Positions 33,970 to 42,208 of a stretch of 42,208 bases of DNA are shown here, one piece after another (the first letter of the stretch is position 1; each line of letters starts with the position of its first letter). A program made the position numbers and the translations under genes. Under the pieces are notes generated by a model. That model saw only the letters and a program-made list of their open reading frames with translations, was not told the DNA's origin and ran no database searches. The stretch is from an uncultured Thermodesulfobacteriota bacterium (lineage in GTDB: Bacteria > Desulfobacterota > WTBG01), in NCBI GenBank assembly GCA_964632275.1, contig CAZWCD010000002.1:1-42208 (forward strand), given 5' to 3'.

Positions 33970-34748
33970 TGGCACCACATATGAGAAAGCGCGTATCCAT
34001 CGTTATTGTTTCACATGATTTACATGACTATCTGGAGCGGTGTATTTCCAGCATTGAAAGGCATACGAAGGAAGATCTCGTCGAGAATCTGGTTATTGTA
34101 GATAATGCATCAACTCCGCCGCTCGTCCAGGCCGGGTTGACCGGGCTGACCGCTTTGACGGTTTCGCTTGTCCGTTTGGAGGGGAATGCGTCCTATGCCC
34201 ATGCAAACAACCGGGGGGTCGAGGCTGCCCGCGGTGATTATATATGCTTCATGAACAATGATGTAGAGGTGCTGCCGGGCTGGCTGGAGCCTCTTTATGC
34301 CGTCATCGATGCGGATGTACACGTGGGGGCGGTCGGGCCGAAAATGATATTTCCCGATGGCAGCATCCAGTTTGCCGGATACGAAGTAAACCCCGCCACC
34401 GGGTTCCAAAGGCACCGGTTCAGGGAAGCCCGGGTGCATCATTCGATACAGGACGCAAACATTGCCGGTCCGGTGACCAACCTGACCGGCGCGTGCCTTC
34501 TTTTGAGAAGGGAAGACGCCCGTTTTGACGAGCGCTATTGGTACGGGTGTGAAGACACTGATCTGTGCGTCCAATTGAAGCAGAAATACAAAAAAGTATA
34601 TTATCAGCCGGCAGCGATGGTGATTCATCACGAAGAAATGAGTCGATCAAGCGGTGTGACCGAGATTGATTATGAGCATAACCGGGAATTGTTCAGAAAA
34701 AAGTGGGGAAGGGACTGGAAGCACTATTTATGGCAGGTGGTCACCTAG
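33966..34748 (+). CDS. Glycosyltransferase family 2
   Basis: 260 aa: VSIVIVSHD...VIVDNASTPP...HANNRGVEAARGDYICFMNNDVEV. ATGA overlap upstream. Confidence 0.85.
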   Translation: MMAPHMRKRVSIVIVSHDLHDYLERCISSIERHTKEDLVENLVIVDNASTPPLVQAGLTGLTALTVSLVRLEGNASYAHANNRGVEAARGDYICFMNNDVEVLPGWLEPLYAVIDADVHVGAVGPKMIFPDGSIQFAGYEVNPATGFQRHRFREARVHHSIQDANIAGPVTNLTGACLLLRREDARFDERYWYGCEDTDLCVQLKQKYKKVYYQPAAMVIHHEEMSRSSGVTEIDYEHNRELFRKKWGRDWKHYLWQVVT

Positions 34749-34778
34749 GCACAACTGTCTTCCACAGGATAGCCAGGT

Positions 34779-35891
34779 ATGAAGATTGGTTTTTTTTACG
34801 TACCATATTACCCGCTGACCATGGGCAGATCCGTCCATGGCTACAACCTGGTCAGGGCGCTCAAAAAGCGGGGTCACATCATCCTCTCCTGCCTGGGTGA
34901 TGGGGATCCGGAATGCACTCATTATGAACGGAGCAAATCGGGCGCGCTCAACGTAGCCCGTCAAGCTGATGTGCTCTACATCAGGATCGCAGGCAGGCCG
35001 GTCCATTCCTATCTGGAGCGGGCGACCCTGCTCAAGCTCCTGCGCCCCTTTTCCCTTCCGGTCGTGTGGGAGGTGAACGCGCCGGTTGAGGAACTGCAGG
35101 GAAGCTATCCGCCGGGCAGGGAGCGGGATGCAATGATTAAGCGGGAACACAGCAAGCGCAAAGCGCTGGCGCATCTGGTCGATGCCGGTATCGGCGTTTC
35201 GGAGGTGCTGAAGCGCTATATCAGCAATGACTTGAACATTAAGAAGTCCTATTCAATACCCAATGGGTCGGATCCCGTCCTGTTTGATCCGGCGCGGGCA
35301 GCTGAAACGGTGCTTGAACGGTTTCCCGAAACATTCAAGGTGTTCTGGATGGGCAATGCCGCGACCTCATGGCAGGGGATTGAAGTAATGCTTGAAGTCG
35401 CTGAGAAGATGGAAAAGCGTGACCGGAATGTCTTATTTATTCTGGTGACGGGAGAAAGCCTGGTGACGCTTCCGGTGCGAAGCAATGTGCTGCTCCTTCG
35501 GCAGTTGAGCTACACTGATCTTCCGCATTACCTTGCGGCTGCCGATGCCTGCTTGTGCCTGTATAAGCCGTATGATTGGATCAGCTACGGATTCTATGGC
35601 TCGTCGCTCAAACTGTTCGACTACATGGCTGCTGGAAAACCGGTACTCGCCTCACGGATGGGACAGATAGCAGATATTATCAGGGATGGTGATAACGGGC
35701 TGCTGGTTGATAATGATGGTGAACGTATCGCTGAAAAGATCATCGAGTTGAAGGATAATCCTGCCCAGAGAACGCTGCTGGGAAGCAATGCACGAAATGA
35801 TGTTATTTCCTATTATAACTGGGACCGTGTAGCAGAAGAAACAGAAAGGGTTTTACAAGATGCGTGCCAGCGACATACAAGCGGTCGGTAA
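34779..35891 (+). CDS. Glycosyltransferase family 4-like (GT-B)
   Basis: 370 aa with SSLKLFDYMAAGKPVLASRMGQIADIIRDGDNGLLV. It resembles 28551..29711. Confidence 0.75.
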   Translation: MKIGFFYVPYYPLTMGRSVHGYNLVRALKKRGHIILSCLGDGDPECTHYERSKSGALNVARQADVLYIRIAGRPVHSYLERATLLKLLRPFSLPVVWEVNAPVEELQGSYPPGRERDAMIKREHSKRKALAHLVDAGIGVSEVLKRYISNDLNIKKSYSIPNGSDPVLFDPARAAETVLERFPETFKVFWMGNAATSWQGIEVMLEVAEKMEKRDRNVLFILVTGESLVTLPVRSNVLLLRQLSYTDLPHYLAAADACLCLYKPYDWISYGFYGSSLKLFDYMAAGKPVLASRMGQIADIIRDGDNGLLVDNDGERIAEKIIELKDNPAQRTLLGSNARNDVISYYNWDRVAEETERVLQDACQRHTSGR

Positions 35892-37050
35892 AAAGCAACC
35901 TCTGGTACTGATGATAATAGGCTTATTTTATCCCTGGGTGGGAGGTGCCGAGCGGGAGTGCCATAAACTTGCCGGCAAGTTAAGAGAGGAAGGCGCCACG
36001 GTTTCTGTCTTAACCCAATACTGTGCCGGGTTACCAGAATGTGAGCAGATCGATGGCATCATGGTCTATCGCAAGATGAGAGGGTGGCACTGGTTTGAAA
36101 TCACCTACATGCTCTCTGTTTTAAGATTTCTGATAACACATCGGGAACGATATGACATCATTCAGTGTTTTGGCTTGTATTTGTTTATTCCGCCCGCTCT
36201 GGTGATGAGGTATCTCTTCGGGAAAAAGATTGTTGCACGGCTTGAATGCTCCGGCCGTTTTGGTGATTTCTGGCGAATTAAGCAGCTCAGGTATGGAAAG
36301 CTGGTGATGGCATGCGCAAAACTGCTCAATGCTGTTATTTTCATCTCAAAAGAGATTGCAGAGGAATTGCTTGCTAACGGCTTCCCGGCAGGAATGCTGA
36401 TGCATGTAACCAATTGTGTTGATATCGGACAGTTTGTCCCTGCTGATAATCGTCAAGCCACAGCGGCAAAAGAGATCTGCTTTGTGGGGAGACTTGAGCA
36501 GCAAAAAGGTTTGGAATATTTGATCAGGGCTATAAATCTGCTGAGAAAAGAGCTTGACGATATTAAAATAACCATTGTTGGTGATGGTAGTATGAGGTCC
36601 GCTCTTGAAGCGCTTTGTGAGCAGATGAGCGTGGGGCAGTATATTGTTTTTGCCGGTGCCAGAGACGAAGTTCTCAGCTACTATCAGCGAGCACGGGTTT
36701 TTGTGCTCCCTTCTCTTTCAGAGGGATTGCCATTGACTTTGCTTGAAGCGATGGCTTGTGGACTGGCGGTGATTGCAAGCGATGTGGGAGGAAACAGAGA
36801 GGTTTTGGATCCTCATAATCCGGAACGTGGCATACCGGAAGCGCACTATTATATTGGCGAATGCGGCATCCTGGTCAATCCCGGCGACGCTGCGGGGCTC
36901 GCAGGAGCCATCCAGAGATTGCTAACCGACGATGATCTGGCCAGCCGCCTGAACTCGCGGGCACGGTCGCGCGTGGTAGAAACGTATGCCCTGGACAAAA
37001 TAATTAATGACTATCGTTCGCTCTACCAGTCGCTCATGTGCGGCCATTGA
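35860..37050 (+). CDS. Glycosyltransferase family 4 (tandem paralog A)
   Basis: LVLMIIGLFYPWVGGAERE...GRLEQQKG...PSLSEGLPLTLLEAMACGLAVIASDVGGNREVL. Start uncertain: 35860, or ATG 35911. Confidence 0.85.
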   Translation: MRASDIQAVGKKQPLVLMIIGLFYPWVGGAERECHKLAGKLREEGATVSVLTQYCAGLPECEQIDGIMVYRKMRGWHWFEITYMLSVLRFLITHRERYDIIQCFGLYLFIPPALVMRYLFGKKIVARLECSGRFGDFWRIKQLRYGKLVMACAKLLNAVIFISKEIAEELLANGFPAGMLMHVTNCVDIGQFVPADNRQATAAKEICFVGRLEQQKGLEYLIRAINLLRKELDDIKITIVGDGSMRSALEALCEQMSVGQYIVFAGARDEVLSYYQRARVFVLPSLSEGLPLTLLEAMACGLAVIASDVGGNREVLDPHNPERGIPEAHYYIGECGILVNPGDAAGLAGAIQRLLTDDDLASRLNSRARSRVVETYALDKIINDYRSLYQSLMCGH

Positions 37051-37085
37051 ACCACACGCACACGGAAAGCATCCTTTGTAAAGGC

Positions 37086-38234
37086 ATGGCTACACAAACG
37101 AGTCCCCGGGTATTGATGATAATCGGCTTGTACCATCCCATCGTGGGCGGCGCCGAAAAAATCTGTCAGGCTTTGTCAAAAAGCCTTTATCAGCGCGGCG
37201 TGCCGGTTGCCGTTCTAACCCAGCGCCAGCGGGGTTTGCCCGAGTGCGAGGTTATTGATGCCATACCGGTCCACCGGAAAATGAAATGGTGGCATCCCTT
37301 TGGAATTGCGTACATGCTTTCAGTGCTGCTGTTCCTCGTGCGCTACCGGCGGGAATACGAAATTATCCAGTGCTTCGGGCTCTTTCTCTTTATTCCGCCC
37401 GCCATGCTTATACGCTATTGCTTCAAAAAGAAGGTTGTGCTGCGACTTATGTGTTCAGGCCCCTACGGCGATTTTGCAAATATCGAGGGGCTCACCTTCA
37501 AAAAACTGATCATTGCCAGCGCCATGCATGCGGATCGCATTGTTTATATGTCGGCCGACATGAAGGAAGAGCTCTTACAGAACCGGTTTGCGGAAGAGAA
37601 ATTGACCTGTATTCCGAATGGGGTTGACACTGAGCGTTATAGTCCCTCTGGTGCGCCGGGACACCATGTCTGTTTTGTCGGCAGATTGGAGGCGCAAAAA
37701 GGTCCCGGCTATCTGATCAGTGCCTTTTCCACGATGGCGCAGGAGAGCGGTACGGCCAAGCTTTTTTTGGTGGGGGACGGGAAGCAAAAGCCTCTCCTGG
37801 AAGAATTGACAAGGCATTTGGCGATGGACGAAAAGGTGGTCTTCGCCGGCTTTTCAAACGATGTCCTCAGTTATTACCGGCAGGCGCGCATCTTCGTCCT
37901 GCCATCGCTCTCAGAGGGGATGTCATCGGCATTGCTCGAGGCAATGGCATGCGGGCTCGCGGTCATTGTTACATGGGTTGGAGCGAGTGAAGAATTGGTC
38001 GGAGCGGAACGGACGGGGAAGGAAATGCCCCGGGGACACTACCACATTGGCAAAAGGGGTATAGTGGTACATCACCACGATGAAAGAGCTCTGGCTGAAG
38101 CATTGCGGGTTCTGCTGCATGACGCGCAGCTCGCCCAAAAGCTGGGGCACCGCGCCCGGGAATTTGTACTCACATCATATTCCCACGCAACCATGGTCAG
38201 CTCATATCAGGCTCTTTACAGCAGCCTGGGGTGA
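37086..38234 (+). CDS. Glycosyltransferase family 4 (tandem paralog B, with divergent donor-site motifs)
   Basis: VLMIIGLYHPIVGGAEK...GRLEAQKG...PSLSEGMSSALLEAMACGLAVIVTWVGASEELV. The track start (37038) is a GTG. ATG 37086 is preferred. Confidence 0.8.
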   Translation: MATQTSPRVLMIIGLYHPIVGGAEKICQALSKSLYQRGVPVAVLTQRQRGLPECEVIDAIPVHRKMKWWHPFGIAYMLSVLLFLVRYRREYEIIQCFGLFLFIPPAMLIRYCFKKKVVLRLMCSGPYGDFANIEGLTFKKLIIASAMHADRIVYMSADMKEELLQNRFAEEKLTCIPNGVDTERYSPSGAPGHHVCFVGRLEAQKGPGYLISAFSTMAQESGTAKLFLVGDGKQKPLLEELTRHLAMDEKVVFAGFSNDVLSYYRQARIFVLPSLSEGMSSALLEAMACGLAVIVTWVGASEELVGAERTGKEMPRGHYHIGKRGIVVHHHDERALAEALRVLLHDAQLAQKLGHRAREFVLTSYSHATMVSSYQALYSSLG

Positions 38235-38257
38235 AATGACCGCTGACGATAGAAGCC

Positions 38258-39388
38258 ATGGATTCCGATAAAGTAGTCATGATCATATCCCAGTTCTATC
38301 CGCTGCTGGGCGGCGCCGAAATTCAGGCGCAGCGCCTGGCTTCCACTCTGAGGGCCAGGGGCGTGGATATATTTGTACTGACACAGCGAATTAAAAACCT
38401 TCCAGCCTATGAAGAAATCGATGGTATTCCGGTATACCGCTCTATCAGGACGGTTAATGTTCCGCTCCTTTTCGGATTGCTCTATGCGTCATCAGTCGCA
38501 TTCTTCCTTTACCGAAGACGGAATGATTATACAATCATCAACTGCAATATATTGCAGGAATTACAAACAATAGTGTCAATAATATTCAAGTTGCTGTTTA
38601 AAAAAAGGGTGGTGGCAAAAATGTCATCATCAGGACTGACAAGTGACCTTAAACTCATGAGACGGACACTCGCGGGAAGACTTACCCTGCAATTGCTGAA
38701 AAAGGCCGACCGGATTATCTCGCTTTGCAGTGTGGCCACGTCTGAGCTGTTGCGTGCAGGGATACCTGCTGACAACATTGAGCAGATAAGCAACGGTGTG
38801 GATACCGGCCGTTTCCCCATCAGCACCGGCCGGGGTAACAGGAAAACAAAGCTGATTACCTTTATCGGACGAATGGATGCATTCAAGGGTGTGGAATATC
38901 TTCTTGACGCATTCAGGCAGGTCATTGCCGGAGGCGCAGATGCGCGGCTTCAGCTCATTGGCACCGGACCTGATGAAGAAAAATTGAAGCGGATTGCCGA
39001 AGATGATGCTCTTACGGATAATGTCATATTTAAGGGACGGCGGGAGAATGTGCTGCATGAGCTTTCCGAAACGGATATTTTTGTACTGCCTTCGCTCTCA
39101 GAAGGAATGTCGAATGTTCTCCTTGAAGCCATGTCCTGTGCATTACCGGTTGTGGCTACCGGAGTAGGCGGGGCGCTGGATATGATTCGCCACGGCATTA
39201 ATGGCATGTTAGTGCCTCCCGGTGATGCGGAGGCTTTGAGAGATGCACTGGTTTACCTGCTCAGCAATCCGTCAGTGGCGATTAGTCTAGGTAAAGAGGC
39301 ACGAAAGACAATTGAAGAGAGATTCACGCTATCGGGCGCTGTTGATTGCTATCGGCGCTTATATGGGGAATTAAACGCCGCACCCTAA
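38258..39388 (+). CDS. Glycosyltransferase family 4 (tandem paralog C)
   Basis: VVMIISQFYPLLGGAEIQ...GRMDAFKG...PSLSEGMSNVLLEAMSCALPVVATGVGGALDMIRHGINGMLVPPGD. Confidence 0.85.
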   Translation: MDSDKVVMIISQFYPLLGGAEIQAQRLASTLRARGVDIFVLTQRIKNLPAYEEIDGIPVYRSIRTVNVPLLFGLLYASSVAFFLYRRRNDYTIINCNILQELQTIVSIIFKLLFKKRVVAKMSSSGLTSDLKLMRRTLAGRLTLQLLKKADRIISLCSVATSELLRAGIPADNIEQISNGVDTGRFPISTGRGNRKTKLITFIGRMDAFKGVEYLLDAFRQVIAGGADARLQLIGTGPDEEKLKRIAEDDALTDNVIFKGRRENVLHELSETDIFVLPSLSEGMSNVLLEAMSCALPVVATGVGGALDMIRHGINGMLVPPGDAEALRDALVYLLSNPSVAISLGKEARKTIEERFTLSGAVDCYRRLYGELNAAP

Positions 39389-39436
39389 CCGCGGCGCAAG
39401 CAAGAATAGGGTGCTACTTTTGCGGGACATGCTTCG

Positions 39437-40366
39437 ATGAAGCTCACATATACCGGATTGAGCATAGGCGCACTTGTCGTCATAATCATTATTCAGGCGT
39501 TGTATTTAAAATCCTTGCCCGGGTCGCTGGTACGCGTCTATCACACCCGGGATGCCGGTGAGTTTAATAAGTCCCCGGATGATGACATGACCGTTGCCTA
39601 TGACGGGTATCGCTTTGACTACCGGACATCACTCAGATTACGCGATGAGGAGGAGAGAGAGATAAAGGCACGTTTGCAAGGCCGGGGTCAGACCGATATG
39701 CAGGTGCTGGTCGATATCGCGACCTGGGTCCGTGAAACGATGAGCTCCGGAAAGAGCGGCGGATCAAATGAGAGGATCAGTGCAGATGCGGTGAAGCCTG
39801 CAGCACGCGACGGAGAAAGCAGAGGACTTTGTGACCGCTATGCGAACTATTTTGCCGCTGCGTGCCAGGCAAACGGAATTCCGGCTCGCGTCATCGAGCT
39901 CAACGGGCATGTTGTCCCCGAGGCGTTTCTCCGGAATGCCGGACGCTGGGTAATGATCGACCCGACCCTGGGTTACTATCTGACGCGGGAGGGAATTGTT
40001 CTCTCGGTTGCCGACATTATCAATTCCTATAAAAACGGCAATGAGATTGATGCCGTTGTTTTTGCTGCTGAACGGGGAGATGATAGCTTATACCGGGCAG
40101 CCGATGACAGCACCCTGCGGGGGATCTACCTGAACGGGTGTACCGTCGTGTCCAATCAGCAGATGGAACGCGGGCAGATTCTGCACTTTATCGCGACAAG
40201 CTTTTCACTGCCGGTAGCGAAGCTGCAGTACGTGGAAAGCAATACCATCAAAATCGGAATGAAGGAATTAATTCTGCGCTCCATCCTGGGGATTAACCTG
40301 GTTGTCTTTCTCCTGCTTGCACTGGTTGCGGCGGTAAAGATGTTCCGCAGGGGAAGAGCACGGTGA
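39437..40366 (+). CDS. Membrane-anchored transglutaminase-like (Cys-His-Asp papain-like fold) protein
   Basis: 309 aa with an N-terminal TM (GLSIGALVVIIIIQALYL) and a C-terminal TM (ILGINLVVFLLLALVAAV). Candidate triad: C in RGLCDRYANYF, H in LNGHVVPEAF, D in RWVMIDPT. Confidence 0.7.
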   Translation: MKLTYTGLSIGALVVIIIIQALYLKSLPGSLVRVYHTRDAGEFNKSPDDDMTVAYDGYRFDYRTSLRLRDEEEREIKARLQGRGQTDMQVLVDIATWVRETMSSGKSGGSNERISADAVKPAARDGESRGLCDRYANYFAAACQANGIPARVIELNGHVVPEAFLRNAGRWVMIDPTLGYYLTREGIVLSVADIINSYKNGNEIDAVVFAAERGDDSLYRAADDSTLRGIYLNGCTVVSNQQMERGQILHFIATSFSLPVAKLQYVESNTIKIGMKELILRSILGINLVVFLLLALVAAVKMFRRGRAR

Positions 40367-40400
40367 ACGCGAGGTGCCTGCGTTTCAGTACGGTGGTGGC

Positions 40401-42208
40401 ATGAAGCGATTGAATGTACGGAAAAATGATGCGCTCAGGAAATGTCTTTTGTTGCTGTTCGTGGTTATTGTCCTGGCGTCCTGCAGGAATGAAATCAAGC
40501 TGCTGTGGGCTACCGACCCGCCGGTGGCATGGACCTACAACTGCTCATTTGATGCTGACCGGCTTCTCAATGACGCCAGAATCATCGGACGGGAGGGCTT
40601 TACGCCCGACCGCCAGGGATTGCAACTGCCGCCAGCTTCATCGGGTAGGCTTGTGCTGGCGTTTGAGAAGGAACCACAACAGGGATCCCTGCTCCGGGTG
40701 TGGTTTTATGGAGAGAAGGACGGCAATCGTCCAAATGCCATAACAGTTCTACCTGATGGGGGAAGCCCCTTCAGGGTGGCGGAAAACGAAAATCTTGTTG
40801 GCGCCGTATTTGACCTAAGCGATCGCCTGCGCGGGGTGAGTAGATTTCAGATTTCCTTTGCGGCGGAAAACCACGCTCCTTTTCCGGCCCGGGTGCTTGA
40901 TGCGGTTGAGGTGGCGGCCGGACTCGGGACTCAGGTAAAGCCCTCATTGCCGAATCTGCCCAAACTGCTCGGGCTGCTCATTTCGGCATATCTGATTATT
41001 GCGCTGCTGTTCCCACAAAACATGTTTAACAGCCAGAAACTGTGTCGTGTGCTGATCCTGCTCATCCTGCTGCTTGCGGTGTACCTGAGATGGAACGAAT
41101 TGCTCAGAGTATCAGGAACCATCCTTGATGAAGACGCGAGCGGATATTATAGTTATGCCCAGAAAATACAGCTGGCCGGTGATCAGGGTTTTTACTCGGC
41201 GCAATTCGAGAAACGGGAGCCGCTCTTCATTTTCCTGGTAAAGCTCTTTTTTATCGTATTCGGCGTATCTGCAACGCATCTGCGATTTGTCTCGTTCACA
41301 TTTTCTCTGGTGGCACTTTATCTTACCTACCGGATCGGCCGTGAATGGTTCCATGAGGCGGCAGGGTTGATTGCGGCGTTTATCCTTGCCGTTCACCCTT
41401 ATCTCATACAGCTGGGCGCCCGGGGGCTGCGGGAGGAATGGTTTACCGCGCTGCTGCTGCTCTTTGTCTACCTTGGATATGTTAGAACATCAATAAGCCG
41501 TTGGGCGAGGGCTATTGTGAGCGGCATTATCGTTGGCTGCATATTCCTGACTCGCTCGGAATGTGTTCCCATGATCGCGATCATACTGCTGTTGTATCCT
41601 CTCCTGACAGGAAAGAAGTGGAACTATGCAATGGCGGCTATTGCTCTGGTGCTCGCACTCTCTCTGTGGATTCCTCATCAGTACAGCATCTATAATAAAT
41701 ATGGCGATTTCTTCTATACGGCAAATCAATATGCCCGATTTTATGCCAACCGGGAATTCGCCGGCACGCCCGGATTTCCCACGAGGGAAGAGATAGCAAC
41801 CAAGGGGATGTATTACGGTCGGAAGATGACGCCGGTGGAGTATTATTGGGCTCACCATACCCCCGGGCAATTGCTATCCGGTAGCATGATCGGTTTTATG
41901 AAGATTCATCTGAGGATGCCGTTCTCCTTTATCTCCGGCAGGGGAAATGCTGAACAAGTGACATATGTGCTCGGCAGCAGCTTGCAGCATCCCGGCGTGA
42001 AGGAACTATCGTGTGTGGCAAAGCTGGCAGGAAAGCTGGTCAGGGAAAACCTGGCGGCGAGCTGCATGGGATTGGCGGTTCTGCTCGGCTTTCTCGGCGG
42101 CCTGCTGCTCATGGGAATGCATCGCAACTGGATCATCTTCGTGTATCTGATTCTCTTTCAGATGCATACTGCATTTTTAGCCTCTCTCGGGCTTGATCAG
42201 CGGCTGAC
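40401..42208 (+). CDS. 5' part (602 codons, runs off the window) of an ArnT/PMT_2-like GT-C glycosyltransferase with an extra N-terminal domain of about 160 aa
   Basis: I translated this codon by codon from ATG 40401 to 42206 and found no stop. It is absent from the ORF track because it has no in-window stop. N-terminus MKRLNVRKNDALRKCLLLLFVVIVLASC (signal/lipobox-like LASC). A soluble segment follows to about residue 190. The GT-C core has the loop LDEDASGYYSYAQKI, then REPLFIFLVKLFF and AVHPYLIQLGARGLREEW. Confidence 0.75.
   Translation, partial: MKRLNVRKNDALRKCLLLLFVVIVLASCRNEIKLLWATDPPVAWTYNCSFDADRLLNDARIIGREGFTPDRQGLQLPPASSGRLVLAFEKEPQQGSLLRVWFYGEKDGNRPNAITVLPDGGSPFRVAENENLVGAVFDLSDRLRGVSRFQISFAAENHAPFPARVLDAVEVAAGLGTQVKPSLPNLPKLLGLLISAYLIIALLFPQNMFNSQKLCRVLILLILLLAVYLRWNELLRVSGTILDEDASGYYSYAQKIQLAGDQGFYSAQFEKREPLFIFLVKLFFIVFGVSATHLRFVSFTFSLVALYLTYRIGREWFHEAAGLIAAFILAVHPYLIQLGARGLREEWFTALLLLFVYLGYVRTSISRWARAIVSGIIVGCIFLTRSECVPMIAIILLLYPLLTGKKWNYAMAAIALVLALSLWIPHQYSIYNKYGDFFYTANQYARFYANREFAGTPGFPTREEIATKGMYYGRKMTPVEYYWAHHTPGQLLSGSMIGFMKIHLRMPFSFISGRGNAEQVTYVLGSSLQHPGVKELSCVAKLAGKLVRENLAASCMGLAVLLGFLGGLLLMGMHRNWIIFVYLILFQMHTAFLASLGLDQRL

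Noticed and set aside
30491-35174. Several 146-173-aa antisense ORFs (30491..30958, 32593..33033, 34110..34631, 34728..35174)
   Set aside because: All lie opposite GT genes with clear catalytic motifs in the GC-rich part of the island. Their sequences are Arg/Pro/Gly-rich shadow products.
39410-39423. Sigma-54-like element GGTGCT-N5-TTGC upstream of the transglutaminase-like gene
   Set aside because: The GG/GC spacing is correct, but the -12 element is only 14 nt from the ATG. That leaves no room for a transcription start plus an RBS. The -24 half is also weak.
40414-40743. 109-aa plus-strand ORF from the track (MYGKMMRSGNVFCCCSWLLSW…)
   Set aside because: It is out of frame with the 602-codon open-ended ORF that starts at 40401 and has a coherent GT-C-like sequence. 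The composition of the track ORF (Cys/Trp/Arg-rich) is non-protein-like.
1-42208. Searched for CRISPR arrays, tRNA/rRNA genes, transposases, integrases and prophage genes
   Set aside because: There are no regularly spaced direct repeats, no cloverleaf-like or rRNA-like segments in the intergenic regions, and no ORF with recombinase or transposase motifs. The island therefore has no visible mobility machinery in this window.

Overview
This is a bacterial chromosomal segment, by gene content and repeat types most like a Desulfobacterota/Geobacter-type organism. It has two parts. (1) A GC-rich housekeeping flank holds pyrR-pyrB-pyrC behind a PyrR-type attenuator, then an NtrC-family sigma-54 activator and a PilS-like histidine kinase. 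(2) From about 6.5 kb to the right edge lies a glycan/glycoconjugate island of about 35 kb centred on one orphan type IV pilin gene (14017..14478). That pilin has a Geobacter-PilA-like N-terminus, a textbook sigma-54 promoter and a strong terminator. An O-antigen-ligase-family (Wzy_C) gene follows it directly. Seven large polytopic GT-C/ligase-like membrane proteins surround it: two TMTC-like with TPR tails, a YfhO, an ArnT/PMT_2-like ORF that runs off the window and is absent from the ORF track, and two of unknown family. The island also carries 8 GT4, 2 GT2 and 1 GT9 glycosyltransferases, and a Wzm/Wzt ABC exporter whose Wzt has a C-terminal extension. Tailoring genes include a radical SAM enzyme, two methyltransferases, an AsnB-like amidotransferase and a sulfotransferase, and there is a membrane-anchored transglutaminase-like protein. 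I saw no pilus assembly genes, Wzx/Wzy, PCP/OPX, priming phosphoglycosyltransferase, transposase, tRNA, rRNA or CRISPR. Intergenic regions carry three families of palindromic REP-like repeats and one composite nested palindrome. The main hypothesis is a sigma-54/PilR-controlled pilin (or general protein) O-glycosylation system fed by an ABC-transporter-dependent glycan. All family calls rest on motif recognition by eye, not on searches.
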